Source: Candidatus Aenigmatarchaeota archaeon | GTDB lineage: Archaea; Aenigmatarchaeota; Aenigmatarchaeia; Aenigmatarchaeales; Aenigmatarchaeaceae | DNA length: 64,000 nucleotides | Reading direction: 5' to 3' | Assembly (NCBI GenBank): GCA_043802485.1 | Contig: JAZDKZ010000007.1 | Span: 50,457 to 114,456, forward strand | Part shown: positions 55,144-64,000 of the stretch, in pieces | Layout: every line of letters begins with the position of its first letter | Numbering within the stretch: the first letter of the stretch is position 1 | The notes under the pieces: generated by a model | What the model saw: the letters and a program-made list of their open reading frames with translations, nothing else | Database searches by the model: none | Told to the model about the DNA's origin: nothing | Translations under genes and position numbers: made by a program

Positions 55144-55422
55144 TCATTCATCTTCTTCATTCTTGCCCCAAAAATCATCGGCTTCCTTTTCCATTTTATA
55201 AAGCCTAGTATAATAGTCAGGGAACTCGTTCAGGTGCGCAAGAGCAATCTTGCCTGTCATCAAAGAATCGTCGTCTGTCACATTGGTGTTAGAATCAACC
55301 AACCCATGCTCCAATTCGACATCCATGCCCATTCTTAATTGCTCGACATCGAACTTGGTCCAGTCAATGCCCAGCATCTCTCCGATTTTTTTGGCCTCTT
55401 CAGCAGTAAATTTTTCTCTCAT
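55144..55422 (-). CDS. Hypothetical acidic protein (92 aa)
   Basis: No motif. Confidence 0.3.
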   Translation of the reverse strand: MREKFTAEEAKKIGEMLGIDWTKFDVEQLRMGMDVELEHGLVDSNTNVTDDDSLMTGKIALAHLNEFPDYYTRLYKMEKEADDFWGKNEEDE

Positions 55423-55444
55423 ACTAGAAATATGGAAGCAGAAC

Positions 55445-56197
55445 TTAAATAGCGTGCGCCTTGTTCCAGAATTCCTCGAACTTGTCCTTGTAATCTGTCT
55501 TGCAGTTCAGGAACCATATGCCCTTCTCGTTCTCGTCCATGGTCATGCCGTGCTTCTCATCAACAACTATCAGGTAAGGCAGAGCCCTTCCCAACCGCAT
55601 CTCTATGTTTATCTTCCTAAGCTTCTCTATCATGGGCGGGAACATCTCCGACGCTATCACTCGTATCTTGACTCCCCTTTCCACAGCACGCTTGATCGCC
55701 TCTAGCAGAACAATGTCTTCAAAGAACTTTTTGGTGGTAATCAGTATCTCATTAGTGGCAACATCAAAAAGAAAAGCAGCCCTTCTTTCAAACCCTTCAT
55801 CATACTGCTCGTAGGCCTTCTCTCCCTGCCATATGATCTTGCCCCTGATGTCAATGAATTCGTCATAGGTTTTTTCTATCTTTGAAAACAACTCTCTTAA
55901 TCTTATGTAATCCTTTGAAACATAGCTCATTATCCTTGGGAAAGGGTTTGTTGACATTGTCAGCCAGAAGACCTTGTTCTTGTCCTGACCGGATTCGACC
56001 AGCCCCTTTTTTTCCAGAGAATAAAGGTACTTGTAGGCGTTGGTTACAGACATGCCTGCCTCGATTGCTATGGTGTTGGCAGTGGCCTTTACCAACTCCC
56101 TGTTGGCAAGCTTCAGCATGGATCGAACAATCCTTATCTCCAGATCATCGAATTGCTTGCTGTCTTTGAGCATGGAACAGAACTCGTTTGTTTCCAT
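55445..56197 (-). CDS. TrmB-like transcriptional regulator (N-terminal wHTH + C-terminal effector-binding domain)
   Basis: wHTH TIAIEAGMSVTNAYKYLYSLEKKGLV; 250 aa layout typical of the TrmB family. Confidence 0.45.
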   Translation of the reverse strand: METNEFCSMLKDSKQFDDLEIRIVRSMLKLANRELVKATANTIAIEAGMSVTNAYKYLYSLEKKGLVESGQDKNKVFWLTMSTNPFPRIMSYVSKDYIRLRELFSKIEKTYDEFIDIRGKIIWQGEKAYEQYDEGFERRAAFLFDVATNEILITTKKFFEDIVLLEAIKRAVERGVKIRVIASEMFPPMIEKLRKINIEMRLGRALPYLIVVDEKHGMTMDENEKGIWFLNCKTDYKDKFEEFWNKAHAI

Positions 56198-56248
56198 GTT
56201 TTATAATTGAGGTTATAAATATATAAATAACTTCTTGCAATTAATGGC

Positions 56249-56875
56249 ATGAAAGACAATGATTTCGCAATAGTAAGCTATTCTGCAAAGGTTAAGGAAA
56301 CCAACCAACAGGTAGACAAAGCTGACAAGGTGCCTATGATAGTGAAGACAGGTTACCTGTTAAAGGGACTGGAAGAGCCTTTGAAAGCCATGAATGTCGG
56401 TGACAAGAAGACAGTCGAGATAGCCCCTGAGAACGCGTTCGGCAAGAGGGACTTTAATCTTATCAAGCTGATTTCTATAGCAGAGTTCAGAAAGCACGAC
56501 ACCAAGCCCACGCCCGGCATGTTCGTCGAGGCTGACAGGATGAGGGGCAAGGTGCTCTCTGTCTCTGGAGGAAGGGTAAAGGTGGACTTTAACCATCCGT
56601 TGGCAGGCAAGACCATAGTATACGATTTGGAAATAAACGAGAAGCTTGAGAAAAGCGAGGATAAGATGATGGCGCTGTTCCAGATGTACACACAGATTGA
56701 CAGAAGCAAGATGAGCGTTGTCATCAATGACAAGCAGGTGGACATCGACGTGCCGCCCATGGTCAACCCGATAGTCAAGAAAAGGATATCAAACGACATA
56801 ATCGACCTTCTGGGCTTTGATAAGGTGAGATACATCGAGACATACGAGAAGCCTAAAGAAACGAAACAGGCCTGA
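56249..56875 (+). CDS. FKBP-type peptidyl-prolyl cis-trans isomerase (archaeal long-type, with IF/flap insertion)
   Basis: FKBP core ...GDKKTVEIAPENAFG...VDFNHPLAGKTIVYDLEI. Confidence 0.8.
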   Translation: MKDNDFAIVSYSAKVKETNQQVDKADKVPMIVKTGYLLKGLEEPLKAMNVGDKKTVEIAPENAFGKRDFNLIKLISIAEFRKHDTKPTPGMFVEADRMRGKVLSVSGGRVKVDFNHPLAGKTIVYDLEINEKLEKSEDKMMALFQMYTQIDRSKMSVVINDKQVDIDVPPMVNPIVKKRISNDIIDLLGFDKVRYIETYEKPKETKQA

Positions 56876-56877
56876 TT

Positions 56878-57234
56878 CTAAGCTTTAACCCAATGGTTTT
56901 CTTTTACTTTTTTCATTTCTATTGGTAAAGCATTTTTACTGACCGTTTTATAGTGTTCGCAGATTTTTCTGCACACATTGTCATCTATTTCTTCACCAGA
57001 AACGTTCCCAAGGCTTTTAATCACATCGCTATAAGGACAGACCGCACCTTCTCCACCTGTCAACAAAAAATCATATTGCGTATTAATAGCCTGTATCAGG
57101 CCTTGACCTTTCTTAGTTCTCAATAACTCGGAGATAGCGGTATTATATTCAAGAGGAGGATATGGGCAATAGATAATTTTTTTTTCTTCCTTCCTTATCA
57201 CTCTCTTCAGTTCAAGTTCTTCTATTAAAGGCAT
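56878..57234 (-). CDS. Hypothetical Cys-containing protein (118 aa)
   Basis: CPYPP...CPYSD...CRKICEHY could be a metal site. Confidence 0.3.
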   Translation of the reverse strand: MPLIEELELKRVIRKEEKKIIYCPYPPLEYNTAISELLRTKKGQGLIQAINTQYDFLLTGGEGAVCPYSDVIKSLGNVSGEEIDDNVCRKICEHYKTVSKNALPIEMKKVKENHWVKA

Positions 57235-57338
57235 AGAACAAGTTGCACCGAAAGCTATTTAAATTATATTTTGGGTTATAACAGCATCAATCAATTATAA
57301 AAATTTAACATGCCAATCATATTACAAGGGTTTTACTA

Positions 57339-58418
57339 ATGGCTTTTAGGAACATCAACGGAAGGGAAAAGATTTCTGATACTGACGAGGACTTGAGGAA
57401 ATTATTGGAGACTAGAAAGGCTGTCATCAAGGTTGTTGGAGTGGGCGGAGCAGGGAACAACACGCTTTCCAGGATGATGCAGGTCGGAATCGTCGGAGCA
57501 GAGATAATAGCAGCCAACACTGATGCCCAGGATTTGCTTTATACTGATGCTGATGAAAAGATTCTTCTCGGCAAGGATTTGACAAGAGGCCTTGGAGCAG
57601 GAGCCGACCCCAAAGTTGGGGGCGAGGCTGCAAGGGAGAGCAGGGAAATGATCAAAGAGTCCTTGCAAGGAGCTGACATGGCGTTCATCACATGCGGCCT
57701 TGGCGGCGGAACCGGAACAGGCGCATCACCTGTCATTGCAGAGATTGCCAAGAAATTAGGCTTACTGACCGTGGGCGTTGTCACGCTTCCATTCACGATG
57801 GAAGGTAAATGCAGGATGGAGAACGCGAGATTCGGCTTGGAAGAGCTGGAGAAGAATGTTGATACTTTAATTGTTATACCCAATGACAAATTGTTGGAAG
57901 TTGTTCCTGATGTTTCTATCATTACTGCCTTTAAAATCTGCGACGAGATTCTGGTGAACGCTGTGAAAGGCGTGACAGAGCTGGTGACAAAGCCTGGTTT
58001 AGTAAACCTGGACTTTGCAGACATAAAGGCTGTGATGTCAACCGGCGGCCTGGCCATGATCGGTCTGGGCGAATCAAACACAGAGAACAGGGCGGTCGAG
58101 GCAGTTGAGAAAGCCCTTAACAATCCATTGTTGGACGTGGACATAGAGGGAGCATGCGGAGCTTTGGTCAATGTGTCTGGCGGAACCGATGTTACGATAA
58201 GAGAGTGCCAGGAGATTGTCGAGGCCATATCATCAAAGATATCCAACGATGCCAAGATCATCTGGGGAGCTCAGATAGAAAAGGAATTGGGTGACATGGT
58301 CAGAACCCTGATAATCGTGACAGGCGTGAAGCCGAACCAAATATACGGGACAGGTGATTTCTTCTCGTCAGAAAAGCAGCAGCAAATAGAAAAGATACTG
58401 GGCATAGAGTTCCTGTAA
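57339..58418 (+). CDS. ftsZ: Cell division GTPase FtsZ
   Basis: Tubulin signature GGGTGTG in ITCGLGGGTGTGASPV; T7 loop NLDFAD; 359 aa. Confidence 0.9.
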   Translation: MAFRNINGREKISDTDEDLRKLLETRKAVIKVVGVGGAGNNTLSRMMQVGIVGAEIIAANTDAQDLLYTDADEKILLGKDLTRGLGAGADPKVGGEAARESREMIKESLQGADMAFITCGLGGGTGTGASPVIAEIAKKLGLLTVGVVTLPFTMEGKCRMENARFGLEELEKNVDTLIVIPNDKLLEVVPDVSIITAFKICDEILVNAVKGVTELVTKPGLVNLDFADIKAVMSTGGLAMIGLGESNTENRAVEAVEKALNNPLLDVDIEGACGALVNVSGGTDVTIRECQEIVEAISSKISNDAKIIWGAQIEKELGDMVRTLIIVTGVKPNQIYGTGDFFSSEKQQQIEKILGIEFL

Positions 58419-58468
58419 AAACAAAAGCATTTAAATAATGTTCTTTACATAGTTTTATTCTAGGTGCT

Positions 58469-58723
58469 TTGATGGAAAATTCTGAACAGCAAAAAACTGA
58501 AGAAAAGCCTAAACATGAAAAGGTCCGCAAGCCAAAGGGGCCTGGCATAGGCTCAAGGATAAAGGGCAAGATAGCCAGCTACAAGAGGGTAATTGACATC
58601 GCGAGAAAACCTGAGAAGGACGAATTCATCAGCTCGGCAAAGATAACCGGTGCTGGCATAATTTTGCTGGGTTCGATAGGCTTTTTAATATTCCTACTAT
58701 ATTTCTTAGTTAGGGCTTTGTGA
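58469..58723 (+). CDS. secE: Preprotein translocase subunit SecE (Sec61-gamma)
   Basis: Basic N-terminus and a single C-terminal TM (ITGAGIILLGSIGFLIFLLYF); conserved position immediately upstream of spt5/nusG and rpl11. Confidence 0.6.
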   Translation: MMENSEQQKTEEKPKHEKVRKPKGPGIGSRIKGKIASYKRVIDIARKPEKDEFISSAKITGAGIILLGSIGFLIFLLYFLVRAL

Positions 58724-59172
58724 TAATGATGATTTATACTGTAAGAACAACGGTCGGAAGGGAGAACGCTGTCATCGAGACGCTTGTCAGCAAGACAAGA
58801 AGCAGCTCTCTCAACATAAAGACCGTGTTCCATCCAGGGGAGCTGAAGGGCTATGTTTTCGTGGAAGGGGACGAGGAAGCCATAGACGAAGTGGTGAAAG
58901 CAGTGCCCCATGTGAAGGGCATAATCAAAAAGGAAGTAAAGATAGACGACATTAAAAAGTTCCTGGAGACAAAGAAGTTAGAGATAAAGATCAACAGAGG
59001 GGACGTCATCGAGGTCACAAGCGGTCCTTTCAAGAACGAAAAGGGCAAGGTGACCAGGGTCGACGAGGCAAAGGAAGAGGTTACGATAGAGCTTTTGGAA
59101 GCCGCCATACCCATACCTATTACCGTTCCTATCGAGTCTGTCAGGGTGACAGAAGCCATAGAAAAGGCATGA
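58720..59172 (+). CDS. spt5: Transcription elongation factor Spt5 (NusG homolog)
   Basis: NGN domain (IYTVRTTVGRENAVIETL...GYVFVEG) plus KOW (GDVIEVTSGPFKNEKGKVTRVD). Confidence 0.85.
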   Translation: MIMMIYTVRTTVGRENAVIETLVSKTRSSSLNIKTVFHPGELKGYVFVEGDEEAIDEVVKAVPHVKGIIKKEVKIDDIKKFLETKKLEIKINRGDVIEVTSGPFKNEKGKVTRVDEAKEEVTIELLEAAIPIPITVPIESVRVTEAIEKA

Positions 59173-59675
59173 TGATTATGACAACAATAAAAGCAGTGGT
59201 TCAGGCAGGCAAGGCCAGCGCAGGCCCGCCGCTAGGGCCGAGCCTTGCAACAGCAAAGCTCAACACGAACGAGGTCATTACAGCGATAAACGAAAAGACC
59301 AAGGACATGGAAGGGTTGCAGGTCCCTGTGACAATAGAGGTCAATTCTCCCACAGACTACAAGATATCTGTTGGAACGCCTTCGATAACAGCATTGGTAA
59401 GAAAGGAGCTGAAGGTCAAGAAGCTGGCAAAGGCGCCTTTCAACGTCTACGAGAAAGAGGAAGTCAAGGAGGAGTTCAAGGAAAGCCTGACTTTTGACCA
59501 GGTCGTAAAGGTGGCAAAGGTAAAGATGGAGAGCATGAAGACAGATGACCTGAAGAATGCTGTGAAGCAGACTGTCGCTTTCTGCGTAAGCGCTGGCGTC
59601 TATGTCGAGGACAAAAAACCCAAGGATATTTTAGTAGAAATTGACGAAGGCAAGTGGGACGAGAAGATTGTTTAA
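59169..59675 (+). CDS. rpl11: 50S ribosomal protein L11 (uL11)
   Basis: VVQAGKASAGPPLGPSLATAKLNTNEVITAINEKT...VPVTIEV is the L11 N-domain signature. Confidence 0.9.
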   Translation: MMIMTTIKAVVQAGKASAGPPLGPSLATAKLNTNEVITAINEKTKDMEGLQVPVTIEVNSPTDYKISVGTPSITALVRKELKVKKLAKAPFNVYEKEEVKEEFKESLTFDQVVKVAKVKMESMKTDDLKNAVKQTVAFCVSAGVYVEDKKPKDILVEIDEGKWDEKIV

Positions 59676-59706
59676 GGCTTAAATCTTTTTCTGTCACATA
59701 ATACTT

Positions 59707-60186
59707 ATGAATTTATCCAAATTGTTTTTCCTGGTGACAGCATTCACGCTGTTCCTGACAGTTGTGCAGCTGTTCGGCTACTGGGTTCTTGAATTACTGA
59801 TTATCATGCTCATAATCGACTTTCTCACGCTGACAGCAAGCGTGCAATTGGGCAGCAGAAACCACCCAAAAGGCAACCCGAACGGCAAGGACGTTGCCAC
59901 AAAGCTGGACGCCATAGACAAGAGGTGCACAGAAATCTTCGACAAGGTGAACAATTCTACGCTGGAGACAAAGCTTCAGAAGCATGGAGAGGACATTACA
60001 TATATCCTTGACAAGATGGCCAGAAAGACCATGGATCTGGAGGAGAAGATAATAAAGTTCGGCAACGGCATGGTTGACTCAATGGCAGGCCTGAAGGAAA
60101 AGGTTAATGACATTGAAACCAAGAAAGATGGAGATTCTTTCTCCCTAGGCGAGCTGGTCTATGTCAAGGATGAAGAAGATTCTTAA
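59707..60186 (+). CDS. Membrane protein (2 TM + coiled-coil), hypothetical
   Basis: Occupies the position where L1/L10/L12 genes usually follow rpl11. Confidence 0.4.
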   Translation: MNLSKLFFLVTAFTLFLTVVQLFGYWVLELLIIMLIIDFLTLTASVQLGSRNHPKGNPNGKDVATKLDAIDKRCTEIFDKVNNSTLETKLQKHGEDITYILDKMARKTMDLEEKIIKFGNGMVDSMAGLKEKVNDIETKKDGDSFSLGELVYVKDEEDS

Positions 60187-60481
60187 AGCTTTTCTTCCAA
60201 TTAGTGTTATGAAGTATTTTTGGGCTGCCTTTGGGCTGGTGATAGCAGTTTGCATAGCTCAGCTGCTCACCCACATGAGCCTTGAGCTCACAATAGTGCT
60301 TTTTTCAATAGATTTCATGATTCTGGGGGCAGAACTGCTGAAGAACAGGGCCAACAAGTCGCTAGTAATAATCAAATTGGAAGGCATAGAGATGGCCTTT
60401 AATGACGCTGCAAGCAGCTTGGTTTCCCCTTCTTTGAAGGCAAAGGGCCAGGAAATCATAGAATGGCTGAACAAATTCTAG
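60161..60481 (+). CDS. Small membrane protein (106 aa)
   Basis: Two TM helices. Confidence 0.35.
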   Translation: MSRMKKILKAFLPISVMKYFWAAFGLVIAVCIAQLLTHMSLELTIVLFSIDFMILGAELLKNRANKSLVIIKLEGIEMAFNDAASSLVSPSLKAKGQEIIEWLNKF

Positions 60482-60542
60482 TTTTTTGTACGCCAGAAGC
60501 CTTGTTCCTATCTATAGATGACAAAATTCCCAAAGTGTCGAC

Positions 60543-60941
60543 CTATTGTCGAAGACTGTAGAACTTTTTTCGACTATCAACCCTTGACAGCATCATGCCT
60601 TCGTCTTCCATCTGCTTCAGGTACTCGTTGCACCTTGTTCTCGACAGTTTGATCAGTTGACTCAACTGGGAAGGCGTGATCTCATTGTACTTTTGCAGTA
60701 TCATCTTGATAGCCTCCTTGGTCTTGACGGCTATGGTCCTCTGCTGCAGCTTTATACCTGTCGAAGAAATGGTGTCATCAATATTGAGTACTTTGGCCTC
60801 TATTCTGTCGATTTTCTGGCCTAAATTCTTCAGTCTCTCAATCTCTAAAGCCATCTGCGCGTAACGCATGTCGAGAAGCTTGACGATTTTCCTCAGATTT
60901 TCCTCTTCGTCATTCTTCGACCTAAAAACAGATTTGAACAT
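60543..60941 (-). CDS. Coiled-coil + C-terminal wHTH DNA-binding protein (133 aa)
   Basis: C-terminus ITPSQLSQLIKLSRTRCNEYLKQMEDEGMMLS is a wHTH. Start moved to the internal ATG (MFKSVFRSKNDEE); the ORF-track 100-aa N-terminal extension is non-protein-like and overlaps an obvious TATA region. Confidence 0.4.
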   Translation of the reverse strand: MFKSVFRSKNDEEENLRKIVKLLDMRYAQMALEIERLKNLGQKIDRIEAKVLNIDDTISSTGIKLQQRTIAVKTKEAIKMILQKYNEITPSQLSQLIKLSRTRCNEYLKQMEDEGMMLSRVDSRKKFYSLRQ

Positions 60942-60965
60942 GATATATATTCTTTCATTTCCCGA

Positions 60966-60973
60966 TATATAAA
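60966..60973 (-). promoter_or_regulatory. Putative TATA box (TTTATATA, minus strand) about 28 nt upstream of the 60941 start codon, consistent with a leaderless mRNA
   Basis: Minus-strand sequence gagaaatTTTATATAtcgggaaatgaaagaatatatatcATG. Confidence 0.35.
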
Positions 60974-61116
60974 ATTTCTCGACAATTGATTTTTTCTCGT
61001 ATTGTCGATTTTCTGACGGTTTCCTTCTCTTGTCGCCTATAATACCATCGACAGAAAGATTTGTATTACAAAATCTTGGCCAAACGTATTGTACAATACT
61101 GTATATGTGATAGTCG

Positions 61117-62130
61117 ATGGTTAAAAAGGACCCTATAAAATCTATAATTGAAGCCTTGAGGATGAATCCTGAAGGCTTGACGCTTCTTTCTCTGGCAAGT
61201 GTGACAGGGCTGCATCGACACACATGTACAAAATACATCAATGAATTGTTGAAAGCAGATGTTGTCTACCAGCGAGATGTCGGTGTGGCAAAGCTTTGCT
61301 ACCTAAAAAAGAAAGTCGAGAATAACGCAGAAGAGGACAGGCTGGTGGCAAGCCTCAAAAAGAAGAGAAGGGGGAAAACCCAGCTAAAGCTCATGGTTGC
61401 TGTCGTTATCCTGACTTTCCTGCTGAGCGAGACAGCAATCATAGCCTACGCAAACAACACCATCCTAAACATGACGAACACGTCGAACATAAACACAAGC
61501 CCCATGACAAGCACATCGAATGTGTCGGATCTTACAGCCTTTTTCAATGAGACATCTGACCTGAATGAGACCGGAAATATTACTGTCGAACCGCCGTCAG
61601 TTCCGAACCTAACGGATTCTGTCGGAACTGTCGATTATACTAACTATAGCTCAGAAAGCCAAAATAACGGCGAAAATACCACTTTTAACGCAACTTTTTT
61701 GACGGAAAACGTCACCATTTCTAACCAAACAGACGACATGAACACAACTGAGAACCAAACGAATGCGACCGATTTAGGCGCTTCGAACGCGTCTGACAAC
61801 CAAAACCAAACAATTGACATCGAAAACCTGCTCAATGGGACATCCATAGGAACTGTCGACCCGACATTTGATGTTCAGTTGGTGTATCCCCAGAGGATAA
61901 CCAGAGGCGAACTGATTGGGATAAGGGCCGAAGCCTCAACAGACACGTTTGCCAAGAACGTATACCTGAAATGGTTGCTGCCTAAGGGCTTTGAGATAGT
62001 CTCTGGCAATGCCATAGAGGCATGTGATGACATGAACGCCAGTTCCTGCATATCAGAGATAGAGGTTAGGACTGATTTGACTGACATTGGCCTGAATGAC
62101 ATAAGAGTTGTGATGGAATATGAAAAGTAG
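61117..62130 (+). CDS. Membrane-tethered wHTH regulator: N-terminal cytoplasmic wHTH, one TM, about 230-aa extracellular Asn/Thr/Ser-rich domain with about 25 N-glycosylation sequons
   Basis: wHTH LTLLSLASVTGLHRHTCTKYINELLKADVVYQRDVGVAKLCYL; TM LKLMVAVVILTFLLSETAIIAYA; then NMTNTSNINTS...NETSDLNETGNITV...NQTNATDLGASNASDNQNQT. Confidence 0.5.
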   Translation: MVKKDPIKSIIEALRMNPEGLTLLSLASVTGLHRHTCTKYINELLKADVVYQRDVGVAKLCYLKKKVENNAEEDRLVASLKKKRRGKTQLKLMVAVVILTFLLSETAIIAYANNTILNMTNTSNINTSPMTSTSNVSDLTAFFNETSDLNETGNITVEPPSVPNLTDSVGTVDYTNYSSESQNNGENTTFNATFLTENVTISNQTDDMNTTENQTNATDLGASNASDNQNQTIDIENLLNGTSIGTVDPTFDVQLVYPQRITRGELIGIRAEASTDTFAKNVYLKWLLPKGFEIVSGNAIEACDDMNASSCISEIEVRTDLTDIGLNDIRVVMEYEK

Positions 62131-64000
62131 TGCCAAAACAGGACAGAGCCAGCTGCTGATACCTCTGCTGGTCATAATAACCTCTGCAGTGGTATTCGCT
62201 ACCAACGTGACCATGAACTGGACCAACCAGACGCCTATAACAGGCTATTACATGGGAATTCCCAATTCTTCTTCGCAGGAATTCTCGTTCACGATAGAGG
62301 TATGGGCTAACACTTCTATTTCTCTTTCTAAGGAGGGCGACCTCATAAAATCCGTGCTTCTGATGGACAACGGCTCTGCTGTTCCTGGCCAAAAAATCGA
62401 TTTCTTCCTGAACAACAGTCCTATTTATTCTGACACAACTGACAAGAACGGTCTGATTGATTTTCCCTTACCTTTCAACGGAACTGCCAGGGCTGTTTTC
62501 TCTGGTGGAAATTATCTGAACCCATCCGAAAACGAGATGGTTTTTGGTGGAAAGGCTGAATCTGTTGTAAAAAGGACTGATTCTTTTGTTCTCGAGGTTT
62601 TGGAGGTAGAGCAGGGCGAGATAAAGATAGGAGAACCTGTCAAATGGATTAGAGAATTCAAACTAACTAACCCGAAAGACAAAGACTCATTGGCAGAGCT
62701 TATCTTGGATATCCCTGACGAGGCCTTCAACATAACAGTTTCTGAGAAGGGTTCGAAGAAGCTGGTGAACATAGCCAAGAAAATCATTAAAGAGAATCTC
62801 AAAGCAGGTGAGAGTAGGGAGTATTTGCTTGAATATTATACAGATTCTCCTGTACTGAACGAGAATCTGATAAGCAGATACAGAAAACTAATCAATGTCA
62901 GCTCACCCATCCACTACAGCAACGTTCCGGCTTATACTGACATCGAAGAGTCTCCTATAGATTCGATAAGGCTCTACTGGATTAGCGACGGGCAGAGAAT
63001 AGACGTCACAGGAGATCCTTTGTACAATGTCAGCTTTGTCGATTCAGACGGGGACGGCCTGATAGACAGGCTGGAATGGAATGTTCCGCATCTTTCCGAA
63101 CAGCTGTTCGAAGTATCAATCACTGTTTTGAATCCATATACATATCTTAAAGATGGAGATAACTGGATAGTAGCCTTTGAAACTGTTGGAACTGCGAACC
63201 TGACGATTAACTCCACCAACGCAGGCTGGATAGAATTTCTTACCGACAATCTGGAAACCTTTGACGAGATGAGTTTCCTAGATATAAGATGCGGAGACGC
63301 ATCTTTGAAGGATTCGCTCCAATTAATTGATTTTTATGGCAATGTCTACAACTACTCTGATTTGTCAGATAACAATTCAATAGAGATAGAACATCTATTC
63401 ATCCAGAATTATTCATGTGATGAAACAGGTTATATCACAAACAACATGATAAGATCTGGTTATGCCACTCTCCAATTTACTTTTGGTGATCAGACAGCTT
63501 TTGCATACGACCCTGCAGTTGTCTGCAACTGGTCTACAGATACTGTGAACTGGGCTGACCAACAGGGTGGTGGTGGTTCTGCATGGGGAGTTGCGAACAC
63601 CACTTGGAATGTGGGCACTAACTGTAGCCAAGCTGGTGGTCCTTCTACAGGATGCTATATTGCTAATATATCGATAAACATGTACGGTGCTTCGGCAAGC
63701 CCTGCTTCTGGTGGATTGGGTTTTGTAATATTCAGCAACAATTCGACGCAGTTCTTTCCCATGGCAATAGATAAGACTGGTGCATATACATATGGTCCTG
63801 TAGATTCCTGTGGAGCCAGTAACAATCTCACTGGGTCAGGATGGCCGAGTGGTCCACCAAACGCAACTCCAAATACATGCAACCTGAGTTCTACTAGCCG
63901 GTTTAATGTAACAAGGTACACGGTCAATTGGTATATACCAGGTAAAGGTTCGATATCGATACCTACAATTAAATATCAATGGTGCTGGGAAGACGCGTTT
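62120..64000 (+). CDS. Large secreted/surface protein, 5' partial in window (over 626 aa, runs off the right edge); absent from the ORF track because no stop lies in the window
   Basis: Open frame from ATG 62120 (MKSSAKTGQSQLLIPLLVIITSAVVFA signal-anchor) to the window end. Many NxS/T sequons. DSDGDGLID calcium-binding-like loop, Gly-rich GGGGS linker, multiple Cys pairs. Start overlaps the upstream gene by 11 nt. Confidence 0.5.
   Translation, partial: MKSSAKTGQSQLLIPLLVIITSAVVFATNVTMNWTNQTPITGYYMGIPNSSSQEFSFTIEVWANTSISLSKEGDLIKSVLLMDNGSAVPGQKIDFFLNNSPIYSDTTDKNGLIDFPLPFNGTARAVFSGGNYLNPSENEMVFGGKAESVVKRTDSFVLEVLEVEQGEIKIGEPVKWIREFKLTNPKDKDSLAELILDIPDEAFNITVSEKGSKKLVNIAKKIIKENLKAGESREYLLEYYTDSPVLNENLISRYRKLINVSSPIHYSNVPAYTDIEESPIDSIRLYWISDGQRIDVTGDPLYNVSFVDSDGDGLIDRLEWNVPHLSEQLFEVSITVLNPYTYLKDGDNWIVAFETVGTANLTINSTNAGWIEFLTDNLETFDEMSFLDIRCGDASLKDSLQLIDFYGNVYNYSDLSDNNSIEIEHLFIQNYSCDETGYITNNMIRSGYATLQFTFGDQTAFAYDPAVVCNWSTDTVNWADQQGGGGSAWGVANTTWNVGTNCSQAGGPSTGCYIANISINMYGASASPASGGLGFVIFSNNSTQFFPMAIDKTGAYTYGPVDSCGASNNLTGSGWPSGPPNATPNTCNLSSTSRFNVTRYTVNWYIPGKGSISIPTIKYQWCWEDAF

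Noticed and set aside
60942-61241. 100-aa N-terminal extension of the 60543 wHTH ORF
   Set aside because: Non-protein-like composition (HVCRCSPV...). It also spans an obvious TATA box/promoter and the divergent intergenic region.
1-64000. CRISPR arrays, rRNA genes, integrases/transposases, prophage or toxin-antitoxin modules
   Set aside because: Looked for short direct-repeat arrays, 16S/23S-like conserved stretches and DDE/tyrosine-recombinase motifs and found none. The only selfish elements seen are the intein and the decayed LAGLIDADG gene.

Overview
This 64 kb window is an AT-rich archaeal chromosomal segment (roughly 40% GC by eye; genes use GAGGTG-type Shine-Dalgarno sites). It carries core archaeal housekeeping genes:
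- thermosome, topoisomerase VI B and A, aIF-1A, Pelota, Spt5, SecE, ribosomal protein L11 and FtsZ;
- CTP synthase and pyruvoyl-dependent arginine decarboxylase;
- Gly-, Trp-, Phe(alpha/beta)- and Leu-tRNA synthetases;
- MinD, MscS, MscL, tRNA-splicing endonuclease EndA, archaemetzincin, rhomboid protease, FKBP and an Orc1/Cdc6 AAA+ module.

I can fold eight tRNA genes by hand. Six carry introns and two (Val-GAC, Phe-GAA) do not. Ala, Val(TAC) and Ile(UAU) have introns at non-canonical positions or in pairs. That pattern, together with a UAU-anticodon tRNA-Ile, points to a DPANN-like or deep euryarchaeal lineage (inference).

The accessory-type content that stands out:
1. A seven-gene minus-strand operon (8630..17286) of lipoprotein or secreted CARDB-like beta-sandwich proteins, a large polytopic membrane protein and an acidic repeat protein. 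I could not match it to any named system; it is the best candidate here for an undescribed cell-surface system.
2. A complete type IV pilus (Tad/FlaI-like) locus with five class-III-signal pilin genes and a FlaJ/TadC homolog split into two genes.
3. A 381-aa LAGLIDADG-type intein inside a PHP-domain EndoQ-like nuclease gene.
4. A free-standing LAGLIDADG homing-endonuclease-like gene interrupted by a frameshift at an A6 homopolymer, directly downstream of an intron-bearing tRNA.
5. Two membrane-tethered winged-helix regulators near the window ends, the second followed by a large secreted protein that runs off the right edge.
6. A 4xCBS + ribosome-hibernation-factor (HPF/RaiA-like) fusion protein.

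No CRISPR arrays, rRNA genes, integrases or transposases were seen. All coordinates and folds are hand-derived and need checking with tRNA and homology tools.
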